A stretch of 64,000 bases of DNA from an uncultured Gemmatimonadaceae bacterium (GTDB taxonomy: Bacteria; Gemmatimonadota; Gemmatimonadetes; Longimicrobiales; RSA9). Shown here piece after piece: positions 49,890 to 59,419 of this stretch. Location: the NCBI GenBank assembly GCA_964410055.1, contig CAYPGK010000004.1, positions 2,831 to 66,830 of the forward strand. Direction: 5' to 3'. Positions within the stretch are counted from its first letter, which is position 1. Each line of letters begins with the position of its first letter. Made by a program: the position numbers and the translations under genes. Under the pieces are notes generated by a model that was not told where the DNA came from, made no database searches, and saw only the letters and a program-made list of their open reading frames with translations.

Positions 49890-52800
49890 TCAATCCAGGG
49901 CATTCGCCGTGCCGCCGTCCGCCGCCGCGTAGTCGGTCGCGGCGTCCGGGCAAACGTCGAGCTCGAGGGCTTCCGCGATGCTGCGCCACGAGAACGCAGC
50001 GACGTTGCCGTCGTCGTGGACGGCGAAGAAGGCGCCGCCCGCGAGCGGGCCTACATCGCCCTCGATCACCGCGATGCCGTCCGTGTTGCGCGTCTCGCGT
50101 CCCCGGAACGCGCCGAGGTAGTCCAGCTCCACTCGCTCGAAGACGTGGAACGTGTTGTCGACGGCGTGCTGGTCGGCCAGGATCCAGTACCCGTCGGCGC
50201 CGCAGCGGAAGAGCGCGATCCCTTCCGGCTCGCCGCTGAAGTAGCCCGTGATCTCCGTGCCCGTGAACTCGCCGTCGAGCGTGTAGACGTTGATGTCCTT
50301 CGAGCGCTCGTCCGCGATCAGCAGCCGCCCGTGTTCGGGATCGGCCGCGATCGATTCGACGACGCGGAGCGAGCCGGCGCCCGAGACGTCGCCGAACGCA
50401 CGGACCAGCTCCGCCTCCACCGAATGGCCCGTGCGCCTCACACGGAAGTGCTTCACTCGCGTCGCCAGCTGCTCCGCCACGCCCGGATCACCCTCCGGCT
50501 GGTCCGTGACGTAGACGTCGAGCGCCCCGTCGCGCTCGACGATCGTGATCCCGTAGGGTCGTATCAACACATCCCTGCCGAAGCTGCCCAGCGGCTCGAG
50601 CGCCGGGAGCGTAAAGGCCTGCACGCGACGGTTGTCTCGCTCTACCACCAGGAGCACGTCGCGCGTGGCGGCGATCCCGTTCGGGCGGTCGAACTCGCCG
50701 GCGCCGTCCCCTTCCCTCCCCAGCCGCCGCAGAAGCGCCCCGGTCGCGGCATCGTGGATCAGGACGGCGTCCCCCTGCTTCGCGGTGACGAGGAGCCACA
50801 CCGAACCATCGGGCGCGCGCCACGCGATGGGAGAATCGATGTCGAGCGCCCCGTCGCGCACGGTCATGTAGGCCTCGGCGAGCGTCACCGTGTCCGGCCC
50901 GGCGCCCGTCGTGTCGTCGGGCGGGAGGCCGACCCGGCCGCCGGTCGGCGCGTCGTCGCACCCGGCCGCGGCGAAGGGGAGCACGGCCGCGAGGACGAGC
51001 GCGCGGAGCTTGCGGATCGGCGCGTGGACCGCGCGGTAGCGCCACTGCTTCAACTGCTGGAGCCAGGGCGGGTCGCGGAGCAGGCTCTTCAGCTCGAGCC
51101 CGACCCGGTGCCGCCAGAGGGCGTCCCAGCCGCCCCGGTCGGTCGCGCCCCAGTCGGGACGATCGCCGTCGAAGTCCTCTGGCAATCCGGCCAGTTCGTA
51201 GCACCGCTCCAGCACGGGCGGCCGCTCGCGATACCGGTGCATGAACTCGAAATCGATGATCTTCACTTCGCCCCCGGGGCCGAGGAGCAGGTTGGACGGC
51301 GAGAGGTCGACGTGTGCGAAGCCGTGCTCGTGGAACGTGCGCACCGCGCGCAGCACGCGATGGACCACGGAGAGCGGGAGGATCGCTTCCGGGTCCGGCG
51401 TCCTCGCGTCCGCGTAATAGGGGTAGATCACGTAGTCGTCGCCGGCCTCGAGGAGCGGCGGCACCTCCGGCACGACGCCGCCGAAGGTGCGCAGCGCCAG
51501 GACCTCGCGCTCGAGGAACCGCTCGCACCCCGGCCGGAACGTCTTCTTCACCGCGAGTCCGTCGCCGTACGCGACGACCTCTACCTTCGCCCGCCGTCCG
51601 ATCCGCGTCAGCGTCGCGCGCACGGGCTCCGCCGTCCGGAACCGCTCGCGCAGCGCCTCGAGCTCCTGCCGCACCGCATCGACCTCCGCCGGGAGCGCCG
51701 TTTCCAGGTAGCGCAGGGCTTCCACGTGATTGTCGCTCGAGTGCAGCATGTTGCAGCGCATCTCTGGCGGAAGGCCGTCGTTCAGCGCCTCCCGGATCGC
51801 GGACTTCACCAGGAGCCGCGCGTTGTCGAGCGTCGGGAAGCGACGTCGCTGCGCCGCATCCGGCGCGATGGGGATCAGGTCGCAGGCGACGACGACGCTC
51901 GCCGGCCCGCCGCCCGAGACCGGCCACGGCCCGCGCCCCCAGTTCCCGCCGCGCACGCGCGCCGCAACCCGCTCGGCGGCCTCCGCATCCAGGACCTGGT
52001 GGCGCAGCACGTGGAACCCTTCGGCACGCAGCCGCCGCACGACCTCGCCCTCCAGCCCCAGCTCCACCGCACGTTCGCGGATGAAGAAGACCGCAAGGCC
52101 GTCCCACTCGTCGAGCTTCGCCGGGACCGTCCGCGCGAGTCGGTCGCGGAGCCAGTCGTTCCTCGCCACGAGGCGGGTGAGCATGTCCTCGGGCGGGCGC
52201 CAGCCGGCCCTAGCCAGGTGCGCGTCGAGCGCGTCCAGCGTGATCTCGACGTCGATTCCGCACGTGTGGGCCAGGCGAGTGAGGACGCCGGCGTAATCGT
52301 GCTCGGGCTTGCCGCCCCACGGCGCCGCGCCCTTCCGGGCCGGGATCCCGGACCGCTCGCCTTTGTGGTAGAGGGCGTGGTAGGCCAGACTGTGGAAGTG
52401 GTCCTCCGGACACGGCGCCCACACACCCGCCGGCGTGCGGACCGCGCGCTCGAGGAGCCGGCGCGCCAGCGCGGGCGGGTAGTACGCCATCTCCTCGTAC
52501 GCACTCCCGGGCAGCCCCGAGACGCTGTAGAGGTCGACCGGGATCGTCCCCGGCTCCGCGCCCAGGATCTCTTCGACCCGCTCCAGCGACGCGTCGTCGA
52601 CCAGCAGGTCCAGATCCTCGCCCGCCGCCACCTCCGGCAGCCCCTCGAACCAGCGCAGCACGCAGTATCGCACACCCGCCACGTCCAGTGCCTCGAAGAA
52701 GCCACGTACGCCCAGGGATGGCGAGATGTACCGGCGCGCCGGCAGGGCGGCAGGCGGCCGCACATCGGCCACGACGCACCACAGGGACCCGCCGTCGTCG

Positions 52801-53216
52801 CCCCGCATCCGAGCCGCGCCCCGGACGCGGAGGCGGCGCCGGAGCGCGTGGCGGGCGAGCCCGAGCGCCCCGAGCGCCGCCCCCCGCCCCGCCCCCGGCG
52901 CCCACGCGACCCGACGCGCCCACCAGTAGTCCCCGAAGCGCCAGAGGTGCCGCCCCGCCGCCCCCGTGAGTACCAGCAGCTCCGCGCGGCTCGGCGGCAC
53001 GCCCCCCTCCACCACGCCCATGCACCGCATCCTGCCGTGAGACCGGAGCACCCGCACGAGCCACGGCGAGTGCGCGCCAACGGCAAGGACGCGCGCCTCC
53101 TCCGGGCAGAGGTCCAGGAACGCCTCCCGCGACGCCGCGCCGAACGCGAGCGCGACCGCCCGGGCGAACGCTGCCTGGAGCACGGCCGTGATGCGCCCCG
53201 GCGCCCGCTCCATCAC
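49890..53216 (-). CDS. multidomain membrane protein: NTase-like + NDK-like + protein-kinase-like + TM/lipobox + beta-propeller-phytase-like domain
   Basis: Uninterrupted 3.3 kb frame. Verified motifs: NMLHSSDN (51729-51752), HVDLSPSNLLLGPGGEVKIIDFE (51246-51314) and GYWILADQHAVDNTFHVFER (50133-50192). The start may be GTG 53219, GTG 53216 (GTGA overlap) or ATG 53213. See findings. Confidence 0.7.
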   Translation of the reverse strand: MMERAPGRITAVLQAAFARAVALAFGAASREAFLDLCPEEARVLAVGAHSPWLVRVLRSHGRMRCMGVVEGGVPPSRAELLVLTGAAGRHLWRFGDYWWARRVAWAPGAGRGAALGALGLARHALRRRLRVRGAARMRGDDGGSLWCVVADVRPPAALPARRYISPSLGVRGFFEALDVAGVRYCVLRWFEGLPEVAAGEDLDLLVDDASLERVEEILGAEPGTIPVDLYSVSGLPGSAYEEMAYYPPALARRLLERAVRTPAGVWAPCPEDHFHSLAYHALYHKGERSGIPARKGAAPWGGKPEHDYAGVLTRLAHTCGIDVEITLDALDAHLARAGWRPPEDMLTRLVARNDWLRDRLARTVPAKLDEWDGLAVFFIRERAVELGLEGEVVRRLRAEGFHVLRHQVLDAEAAERVAARVRGGNWGRGPWPVSGGGPASVVVACDLIPIAPDAAQRRRFPTLDNARLLVKSAIREALNDGLPPEMRCNMLHSSDNHVEALRYLETALPAEVDAVRQELEALRERFRTAEPVRATLTRIGRRAKVEVVAYGDGLAVKKTFRPGCERFLEREVLALRTFGGVVPEVPPLLEAGDDYVIYPYYADARTPDPEAILPLSVVHRVLRAVRTFHEHGFAHVDLSPSNLLLGPGGEVKIIDFEFMHRYRERPPVLERCYELAGLPEDFDGDRPDWGATDRGGWDALWRHRVGLELKSLLRDPPWLQQLKQWRYRAVHAPIRKLRALVLAAVLPFAAAGCDDAPTGGRVGLPPDDTTGAGPDTVTLAEAYMTVRDGALDIDSPIAWRAPDGSVWLLVTAKQGDAVLIHDAATGALLRRLGREGDGAGEFDRPNGIAATRDVLLVVERDNRRVQAFTLPALEPLGSFGRDVLIRPYGITIVERDGALDVYVTDQPEGDPGVAEQLATRVKHFRVRRTGHSVEAELVRAFGDVSGAGSLRVVESIAADPEHGRLLIADERSKDINVYTLDGEFTGTEITGYFSGEPEGIALFRCGADGYWILADQHAVDNTFHVFERVELDYLGAFRGRETRNTDGIAVIEGDVGPLAGGAFFAVHDDGNVAAFSWRSIAEALELDVCPDAATDYAAADGGTANALD

Positions 53217-54133
53217 CACCCCGCCCGCACACGCTCGCGCGCCCGCAGCCGCAGCGCCTCACGTGCGAAGACCACCGGCTCGATCCAGGCGAGCGGCGCG
53301 GCCCGGAGCGAGATCCTCGCCGCCCGCAGCCACGACACCCGGAGTCCGGCCGCGCCAAGCCGGTCACTCAGCCATCCGGGCCGCGAGGGAAGGTAGTGAC
53401 GCGGCGAGAGGAAGCTCCGCCCGATGTGGCCGAAGCGCGTAGGGTGGTAGTGCGCGAGCTGCGCCGCGCCGCGCGCGAGCCGCCGCTGCTTCACCAGGAG
53501 CGCGCCCCAGCTCGCCCGGGCGGGGTGCCGGAGCACGATCTCCCCGCCGTACACCTGCCGGTAGCCCGCCGCGTGGACCCGCTGGCCAAACTCCAGGTCG
53601 CCGCCGGACTCGAGCCGCGCATCGAACACTCCCACCGCATCGACCACCTCGCGTCGCACGCACATCGCACACGTCGGCGCGAAGTGCAGCCGCTCGAGGT
53701 ACTCTCGCACCGGGAATCCGACCGCGCGGTTGTACCACGCCGCGAGCGTCGGCGGCTCGGGCACGATCTCGACCCGGCACCCCAGGTAGTCCGCACCACC
53801 CTCGAACGCCTCCGCGACCCTCGCCAGGTAGTCCGGCGGCGCCCACATGTCCGCGTCGACGAAGCAGAGGATCCGGCCTCCCGCGAGCCGGATCCCCTCG
53901 TTCCGCGCCGCGTACGACGTCCGCACAGCGACCTCGCGGCCGACCACCACCCGCTCACCGTGCACCTCGCGCAGCCGCTCCGCCACGCGCGGAGTCTCGT
54001 CCGTCGAGCCGTTGTCGACGACGACCACCTCGTACGCCCGTGCGCCCTCCTGCCGCATCAATGAAGCGACCGTCGTTGCCAGCCCCCGTGCATCGTTGCG
54101 CACGGGCACGATCACCGAGATTTCTGGTTCCAT
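53213..54133 (-). CDS. glycosyltransferase family 2
   Basis: 306 aa from ATG 54133 (MEPEISVIVPVRNDARGL...VVVDNGSTDETP...FVDADM). The upstream 640 aa of the track ORF is a GC artefact overlapping the flippase gene. Confidence 0.88.
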   Translation of the reverse strand: MEPEISVIVPVRNDARGLATTVASLMRQEGARAYEVVVVDNGSTDETPRVAERLREVHGERVVVGREVAVRTSYAARNEGIRLAGGRILCFVDADMWAPPDYLARVAEAFEGGADYLGCRVEIVPEPPTLAAWYNRAVGFPVREYLERLHFAPTCAMCVRREVVDAVGVFDARLESGGDLEFGQRVHAAGYRQVYGGEIVLRHPARASWGALLVKQRRLARGAAQLAHYHPTRFGHIGRSFLSPRHYLPSRPGWLSDRLGAAGLRVSWLRAARISLRAAPLAWIEPVVFAREALRLRARERVRAGW

Positions 54134-54219
54134 CGCTCCCCGCACCGGCGCCCTGCTCGCCCGCGGCGCCCGCCGCGGCATCCGGCACGAGAGCATTCGC
54201 ACACCGCGCGCCACGCCCA

Positions 54220-55698
54220 CTAGCCCGCCCGCGCCAGCCGGGGCCGCAGCTCCTGCCACGCCCCGCGCAGCTCCGTGCGCATGAGCGCCGCACCGGCGAG
54301 CGCGTACACCGCCCCGCTCGCCGCCGCCTCGACCACGACGCCCACCGGCCCGCCCGGCGGCCACGCCGAAAGGAGCAGCACGCCCGTGCCCGCGAGCGCC
54401 AGACTCGCCACGACCGCGGGCGCTACTGCGGCGAGCACGTCCCGCTCCGTCACGCCAATGAAGCGACGCATGTAGTGCTGGAAGATCATCCGCGACGCCG
54501 CCAGGTGCGCGACCACCGCGAGCGCCGCGCCGTTGATCCCGCCCAGCCGAATCCCGACGACCAGCGCCGGGACCGTGATCAGCAGCGTCTTCGCCACGTA
54601 GATGCGGAAGTGCAGGTCCGGCCGGCCGATCCCCCGCAGCACCGACGCCGACGTACCGCCCACGCAATAGACCATCGCGGATAGGGCGAGGATGCGGAGC
54701 GGAGTCTCGGCCGCGGCCCACTTCGGGCCCACGACGTGGTCGATGAACGCGCCCGCGAACACGATCAGCAGCGCCATCAGCGGAAAGACGACCGCCGAGC
54801 TGAACCGGATCGACTTCAGGTAGTAGCGCTTCAGGTGCGCCGGCTCGTCCTGCATGCGGCTGTAGGCCGGGTACAACACCCCGTCGAGGACGCGAATCAG
54901 ACGGTTGCGAAGCGTCTCGACCAGCACGAACGCGAGCGAGTACGCGCCGAGCGCGCTCGAGCCCAGCAGCTTGCCGATCAGCAGGTAGTCGATGTTCCCG
55001 GCCAGGAAGGTGAAGACGTTGTTCCCGGCCACGTACACGCCGAACCCGGCGATCTCGCGCAACGCCTTCCACGAGTAGCGCAGCCGCGGCGACCACGGCC
55101 GCGCCCGCCGCAGCAGCGGGATCGACGCCGCCGTGCTCACGATGCTCTGACACGCGATGCTCCACACACCGCCGCCCGCCAGCGCCACCGCCACGGCGAC
55201 GCTCCCGGAGATCGCGACCGACACCGCCTCCACCCGCGCGATCGCGCGGAAGTCCAGCTCGCGCATGAGCTGGATCCGGTAGATCAGCGCAAATGGCTGG
55301 AGCAGCAGCGGGATGCTGAGGACTGCGGTGAGCGGCGCGAGCAGCGGCTCGTCGTAGAACGCCGCCACGAACGGCGCGACCGCGAGCGCCATGATGACGA
55401 ACGTCACCGCACCGCTCGCCAGCGTCGTCCAGAACGCGACGTCGTAGTGGACCGGCTCGAGGCGGTCCTCCCTTCGCTGGATCAGCGCCGCGCCGAGCCC
55501 CAACTCGTTCAGCGTGGTGACGAAGCCGGTGAAGACCGTCGCCATCCCGACCAGCCCGAAGTGCTCCGGCAGGAGCAGGCGAGCCAGGATCAGCTTGACG
55601 ACGAGCCCCGTCCCGCCCCGGGCGAGGGTCGCTACGAGGTTCCAGACGGCCCCACGCAGTACGCGGCCCCGGAGCGACGCGGCCGCGCCCGCGTTCAT
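54220..55698 (-). CDS. oligosaccharide flippase (Wzx / polysaccharide biosynthesis protein family) no. 2
   Basis: 492 aa from ATG 55698 (ATGA overlap). N-terminus LRGAVWNLVATLARGGTGLVVKLILARLLLPEHFGLVGMA...GLGAALIQR is typical of Wzx/MOP proteins. Polytopic. Confidence 0.82.
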   Translation of the reverse strand: MNAGAAASLRGRVLRGAVWNLVATLARGGTGLVVKLILARLLLPEHFGLVGMATVFTGFVTTLNELGLGAALIQRREDRLEPVHYDVAFWTTLASGAVTFVIMALAVAPFVAAFYDEPLLAPLTAVLSIPLLLQPFALIYRIQLMRELDFRAIARVEAVSVAISGSVAVAVALAGGGVWSIACQSIVSTAASIPLLRRARPWSPRLRYSWKALREIAGFGVYVAGNNVFTFLAGNIDYLLIGKLLGSSALGAYSLAFVLVETLRNRLIRVLDGVLYPAYSRMQDEPAHLKRYYLKSIRFSSAVVFPLMALLIVFAGAFIDHVVGPKWAAAETPLRILALSAMVYCVGGTSASVLRGIGRPDLHFRIYVAKTLLITVPALVVGIRLGGINGAALAVVAHLAASRMIFQHYMRRFIGVTERDVLAAVAPAVVASLALAGTGVLLLSAWPPGGPVGVVVEAAASGAVYALAGAALMRTELRGAWQELRPRLARAG

Positions 55699-56771
55699 CG
55701 TGCGGCGTGCCGCTCGGCCGAGTTGCCGCCCGCGCCGCCGACGGCCGCGACGCCTGCATCGCCGGTCGTGACGTGGCCCGAATACCTTGGCAGGAACGAC
55801 CGCCGGACCCGGCGCCCGAGGCGAAGCGCCCCCGTCCGCCGCACCGCCCGCGCGAACCTGCGCTCCCGGTCGAGCCCGACCAGCCGGCACAACGTCCTGT
55901 GCGCCCGGTGCCCCGTGATCGCGTCGCGACCCGCGAGCCGCGCGCCCTCCCTGTGGCACTCCAGAGCGAAGTCGCGGTCCCCGTCGTAAGCCATCTTCGC
56001 GAGCCGGTGGTACGCCCGCGCGATGGACAGCCGGTAGCGCTCGAAACGCCCATCCTCGCGCAGCCGCGCCGCCGCCCGGTCGATCACCTCGCGCCGCGAG
56101 CGCAGCGCCGCCGCCGAGATGTTCTTGCTCACGGAGAGGCGCGCCGTTCCGTGGTCCCGGTAGTACGCATGCCCGCCGGCCGCGGCCGCGATCCTCATCC
56201 CGCCGATCAGCGCCCGCAGCATGAGGTCGCCGTCCTGGTCGGCGAGGACCATCTCGTCCCACCCGCCCGTCGCCTCGAATGCCTCGCGCGGCCACAGGAC
56301 GGCGCACGGCGGGACGTACCACCCCTCGAGCCATCCGGCGATGGCGTCGCCCTGAGGCGGCTCGAGGCCCGGGCCCGGCCGTACGCGCCACCACCGCCCC
56401 ACGCGTACGAGCCACGACCAGCCGCACGCAGCCACCCGGTCCGTCCGCCCCTCCAGCGCATCCACGAGCGCGACAAGCGCCCCCGCGCCGAGCACGTCGT
56501 CTGCGTCCAGGAACATCAGGTGCGTCCCCGTCGCGAGCCGCGCGCCGCTGTTGCGGGCGTGGCACGCCCCGCGCCCCTCCTGCCTCACGGCGACGATGCG
56601 CCCGCCGTACGACCGCGCGATCCGCCAGCTCCCGTCCGTCGAGCCGTCGTCGACCACGACCGTCTCGACCTCCACGCCGCGCTGCGCCAGGACCGACTCG
56701 ATCGCCTCGGCCAGGAACTGTTCCGCGTTCCTGCACGGGATCACGACAGAGACCCGGACGTCATGCCGCAC
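55695..56771 (-). CDS. glycosyltransferase family 2
   Basis: 358 aa; VSVVIPCRNAEQFL, VVVDDGSTDGS and FLDADD. GTG start at 56771. Confidence 0.88.
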   Translation of the reverse strand: MRHDVRVSVVIPCRNAEQFLAEAIESVLAQRGVEVETVVVDDGSTDGSWRIARSYGGRIVAVRQEGRGACHARNSGARLATGTHLMFLDADDVLGAGALVALVDALEGRTDRVAACGWSWLVRVGRWWRVRPGPGLEPPQGDAIAGWLEGWYVPPCAVLWPREAFEATGGWDEMVLADQDGDLMLRALIGGMRIAAAAGGHAYYRDHGTARLSVSKNISAAALRSRREVIDRAAARLREDGRFERYRLSIARAYHRLAKMAYDGDRDFALECHREGARLAGRDAITGHRAHRTLCRLVGLDRERRFARAVRRTGALRLGRRVRRSFLPRYSGHVTTGDAGVAAVGGAGGNSAERHAAR

Positions 56772-57963
56772 GGCGCGCCTCCGCCGGCACCTCCCCGCCC
56801 TCCACCGCCGCGAGCGCCGCGCGATAGATCTCCATCAGCAGCGCGTGGTTGCGCTCCGCCGTGTAGCGCGCCTCGTACACGGCCCGCGCCGCGCGCCCCA
56901 TCTCGGCGAGCGCTGCGGCGTCCTCGAACGCGCGCCGAACCTGCGCCGCAAGGTCGTCCGCATCGCCTGCGGTGAAGTGCAGCCCGGTGCGGCCGTGCTC
57001 GACGACCTCGGCCATCGCGCCCAGTCGGCTCGCCACCACGGGCAACCCGGTCGCGTACGCCTCGGCCAGCGCAAGCCCGAACGATTCGTAGCACTGCGAC
57101 GGGAAGACGAGGAGAGCCGCATCCTGCATGAGTGCGAGCACCTCCTCCCGCGGTCGCCACCCCAGGAACTCGACGCGCGGCCCGGCCCGCTTCTCGGCCA
57201 TCGTCTCGAGCGGCCCCGCGCCCACCACCCGGAGCGGCGGCGCATCGGCGCCGAGACGGCGCCACGCCTCGACGAGCGTTTCGATCCCCTTCTCCGGCGA
57301 GAGCCGCCCCGCGTACAGTGCGTAGCCGCCGTCGTGGCGACCCGTCCCCGGGTCCGGCCACACGAAGTTCGGCTTGACCCGGATCCGGTCGGCCGGGAGC
57401 CCGCCCTCGACGAACTTGCTCCGCGCGAACTCCGTCGGCGTCACGAAGACGTCCACCAGCCGCGTCCACGTCCGCGCGGTCCGGTGCACGGTCAGCATCG
57501 CGGACACCGTCGCCGTCGCCGCGAAGCTGTTGCGGTAGCAGCGATGTGCGACGGCCGGCCACGGCAGGTCTTGCCGCATGCATTCCTCGCACGGACGGCC
57601 GCTCCGCACGAAGTTCGCGCCCGGGCACAGCAACCGGTAGTTCGAGAGCGTCTGCACGACGGGCACGCCCGCTTCACGGCACGCAGCGTACGCCGAGGGC
57701 GAGATCAGCGGGAACGTGTTGTGGAAGTGGACCACGTCCGGGCGGACAGTGCGCAGGAGCGCGGAGAGTTGCTTGCGGGCCTTGGGCGACCAGATCGTGC
57801 CCGCCGCGAGGCGCAGTCGCCCGATCCGGTCGATCCGGTCGTTGTGCTCGCGCAGTTCGAAGACCTCGTGGCCGTGCCGCCTGAGCAGCGCGCACTCCGC
57901 CGCGAACGCCACGTCCTCGCCGCCCGGCTCGCGGTAATGGTTATGGACCAGCAGTACGCGCAT
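56761..57963 (-). CDS. glycosyltransferase family 4
   Basis: 400 aa from ATG 57963 (MRVLLVHNHYREPGGED...). C-terminal motif FPSQCYESFGLALAEAYATGLPVVASRLGAMAEVVEHGRTG. Confidence 0.88.
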   Translation of the reverse strand: MRVLLVHNHYREPGGEDVAFAAECALLRRHGHEVFELREHNDRIDRIGRLRLAAGTIWSPKARKQLSALLRTVRPDVVHFHNTFPLISPSAYAACREAGVPVVQTLSNYRLLCPGANFVRSGRPCEECMRQDLPWPAVAHRCYRNSFAATATVSAMLTVHRTARTWTRLVDVFVTPTEFARSKFVEGGLPADRIRVKPNFVWPDPGTGRHDGGYALYAGRLSPEKGIETLVEAWRRLGADAPPLRVVGAGPLETMAEKRAGPRVEFLGWRPREEVLALMQDAALLVFPSQCYESFGLALAEAYATGLPVVASRLGAMAEVVEHGRTGLHFTAGDADDLAAQVRRAFEDAAALAEMGRAARAVYEARYTAERNHALLMEIYRAALAAVEGGEVPAEARRAA

Positions 57964-59419
57964 CGCGACTCGCCTCCCCAATCTCATCGCGGCGCCGGCC
58001 GGTGCACGCCAGTGCGACCCACGCCGCCGCGACGAGCATGAGCCCGGGCTCCTCGAGGTAGCTGAAGACCACACCCAGCCCGGCGGTGAAGAGCACCGTG
58101 AGCCGTATCATGTGCCCCGCGCGAGGCTCGACCCGCCGGGCCGCGCGCCAGAGCGCGAGGCCAGAAAGCACGTACCCCAGCAGGCCGAGCACCCCGAGGT
58201 CGCCCCAGATCCCGACCCACGAGGAGATCAAGGACCACGCCGAAGAGCCGCGCCGGCCGCTCAGTTCGCCGACCGAGTTCTCGTACCAGACCTGCTGCGC
58301 GATGATCGAGGCCTTCAGGTCGAACGGCAGCCCCGACGTCCCCTCGGAGCGGTAGCCCGGCAGCGCCATCAGCGCTACGCGGGTCACCGTCGTCCCCGGC
58401 CCCGCGCCGAGGAGCCAGTCCGTCGGGGCATCGAAGTGCGAGGCGACGAGCGGCACGACCGAGAACTTGCTGCGCAGCCCCCTCTCCAGCAGTGTCCGGT
58501 TCGTGAACTGGCGGAGCGGCTCGTGGTAGCTCGCGGCGAGGTAGACGAGGCCGATGATCCCGCCGAGCGCAACGACGTAGCGCGGCCAGTGGCGCGGCGA
58601 GTTCATGACGCCGACCGCCATCACTGCGAGTATGAACATCCCGATCGCCTGCTTCGCATCGGCCAGGATGTTCAGGGAGAGCGCGAGCACCGCGATCGCG
58701 ACGATCCAGAAGCGGCTGCGGACGTGGCCCGTCAGGATCGCGCCGGACGCGCTGGCCAGCGCCATCGCTCCCATCACGTGCGCGCCCGCGCCCTGGTCGA
58801 AGAACGTGCCGCGGACCGAGTCGCTGAACCCGTGCTGGAGGAACTTCCAGATCGCGAACGGGAGCTGGGCGACCAGCAGCGCGACGAAGAGGTGGCCGAT
58901 CCGCCGTCGCGCAGCGGGCGACGGCGGGTCGCGCACGAGGCCGAACGCGACCAGGAACGGCTCCATCAGGAGTAGCCACGTGAGCCCGGGCTCCAGGAGG
59001 CCGACTCCGTTCGCCGCCGCAGAGATGTACGCCACCACCAGCACCATCCCGCCCGCCAGCGCCATCTGCCGGGCGAGCGGCGTCCACGGTCGGTTCGAGA
59101 TCAACCCCCGCGCTGCCGCGACCAGCGCCATCCCGAAGTGGAGGTGGTTGACCAGCCCGGGCGCGCCGACCTCGACGAACACCCGGCTCAGCACCACGGC
59201 GCACACCGCGCCCACGGCCCAGAGCGACGAGGAGACGGGGAACACCAGCGCCAGCGGCCCGAAGATCATCGCGAGCGTGACCAGGTCGTATCCGCGGCTC
59301 GAGCCCGTGCCGAGCCCCACGCCGATCAGCACGCTAAGCACCACGACGCCGACCGTCACCGGATTCGGCATGATCGCCGCAAGCCATGCTGGCCGCACGC
59401 CTACCGCGCCACCCTTCAC
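57941..59419 (-). CDS. O-antigen ligase/polymerase family membrane protein (Wzy-like)
   Basis: About 490 aa polytopic protein with a large loop region, of the Wzy_C type. The preferred start is GTG 59419 (GTGA overlap with the upstream stop); the alternative is ATG 59371. Confidence 0.7.
   Translation of the reverse strand: MKGGAVGVRPAWLAAIMPNPVTVGVVVLSVLIGVGLGTGSSRGYDLVTLAMIFGPLALVFPVSSSLWAVGAVCAVVLSRVFVEVGAPGLVNHLHFGMALVAAARGLISNRPWTPLARQMALAGGMVLVVAYISAAANGVGLLEPGLTWLLLMEPFLVAFGLVRDPPSPAARRRIGHLFVALLVAQLPFAIWKFLQHGFSDSVRGTFFDQGAGAHVMGAMALASASGAILTGHVRSRFWIVAIAVLALSLNILADAKQAIGMFILAVMAVGVMNSPRHWPRYVVALGGIIGLVYLAASYHEPLRQFTNRTLLERGLRSKFSVVPLVASHFDAPTDWLLGAGPGTTVTRVALMALPGYRSEGTSGLPFDLKASIIAQQVWYENSVGELSGRRGSSAWSLISSWVGIWGDLGVLGLLGYVLSGLALWRAARRVEPRAGHMIRLTVLFTAGLGVVFSYLEEPGLMLVAAAWVALACTGRRRDEIGEASRDARTAGP

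Noticed and set aside
51027-51029. Val codon at the beginning of the internal signal-like peptide (VHAPIRKL...) as an internal start
   Set aside because: The codon is GTC, which is not an initiation codon. Only the TTG at 51053 remains as a weak candidate (see findings).
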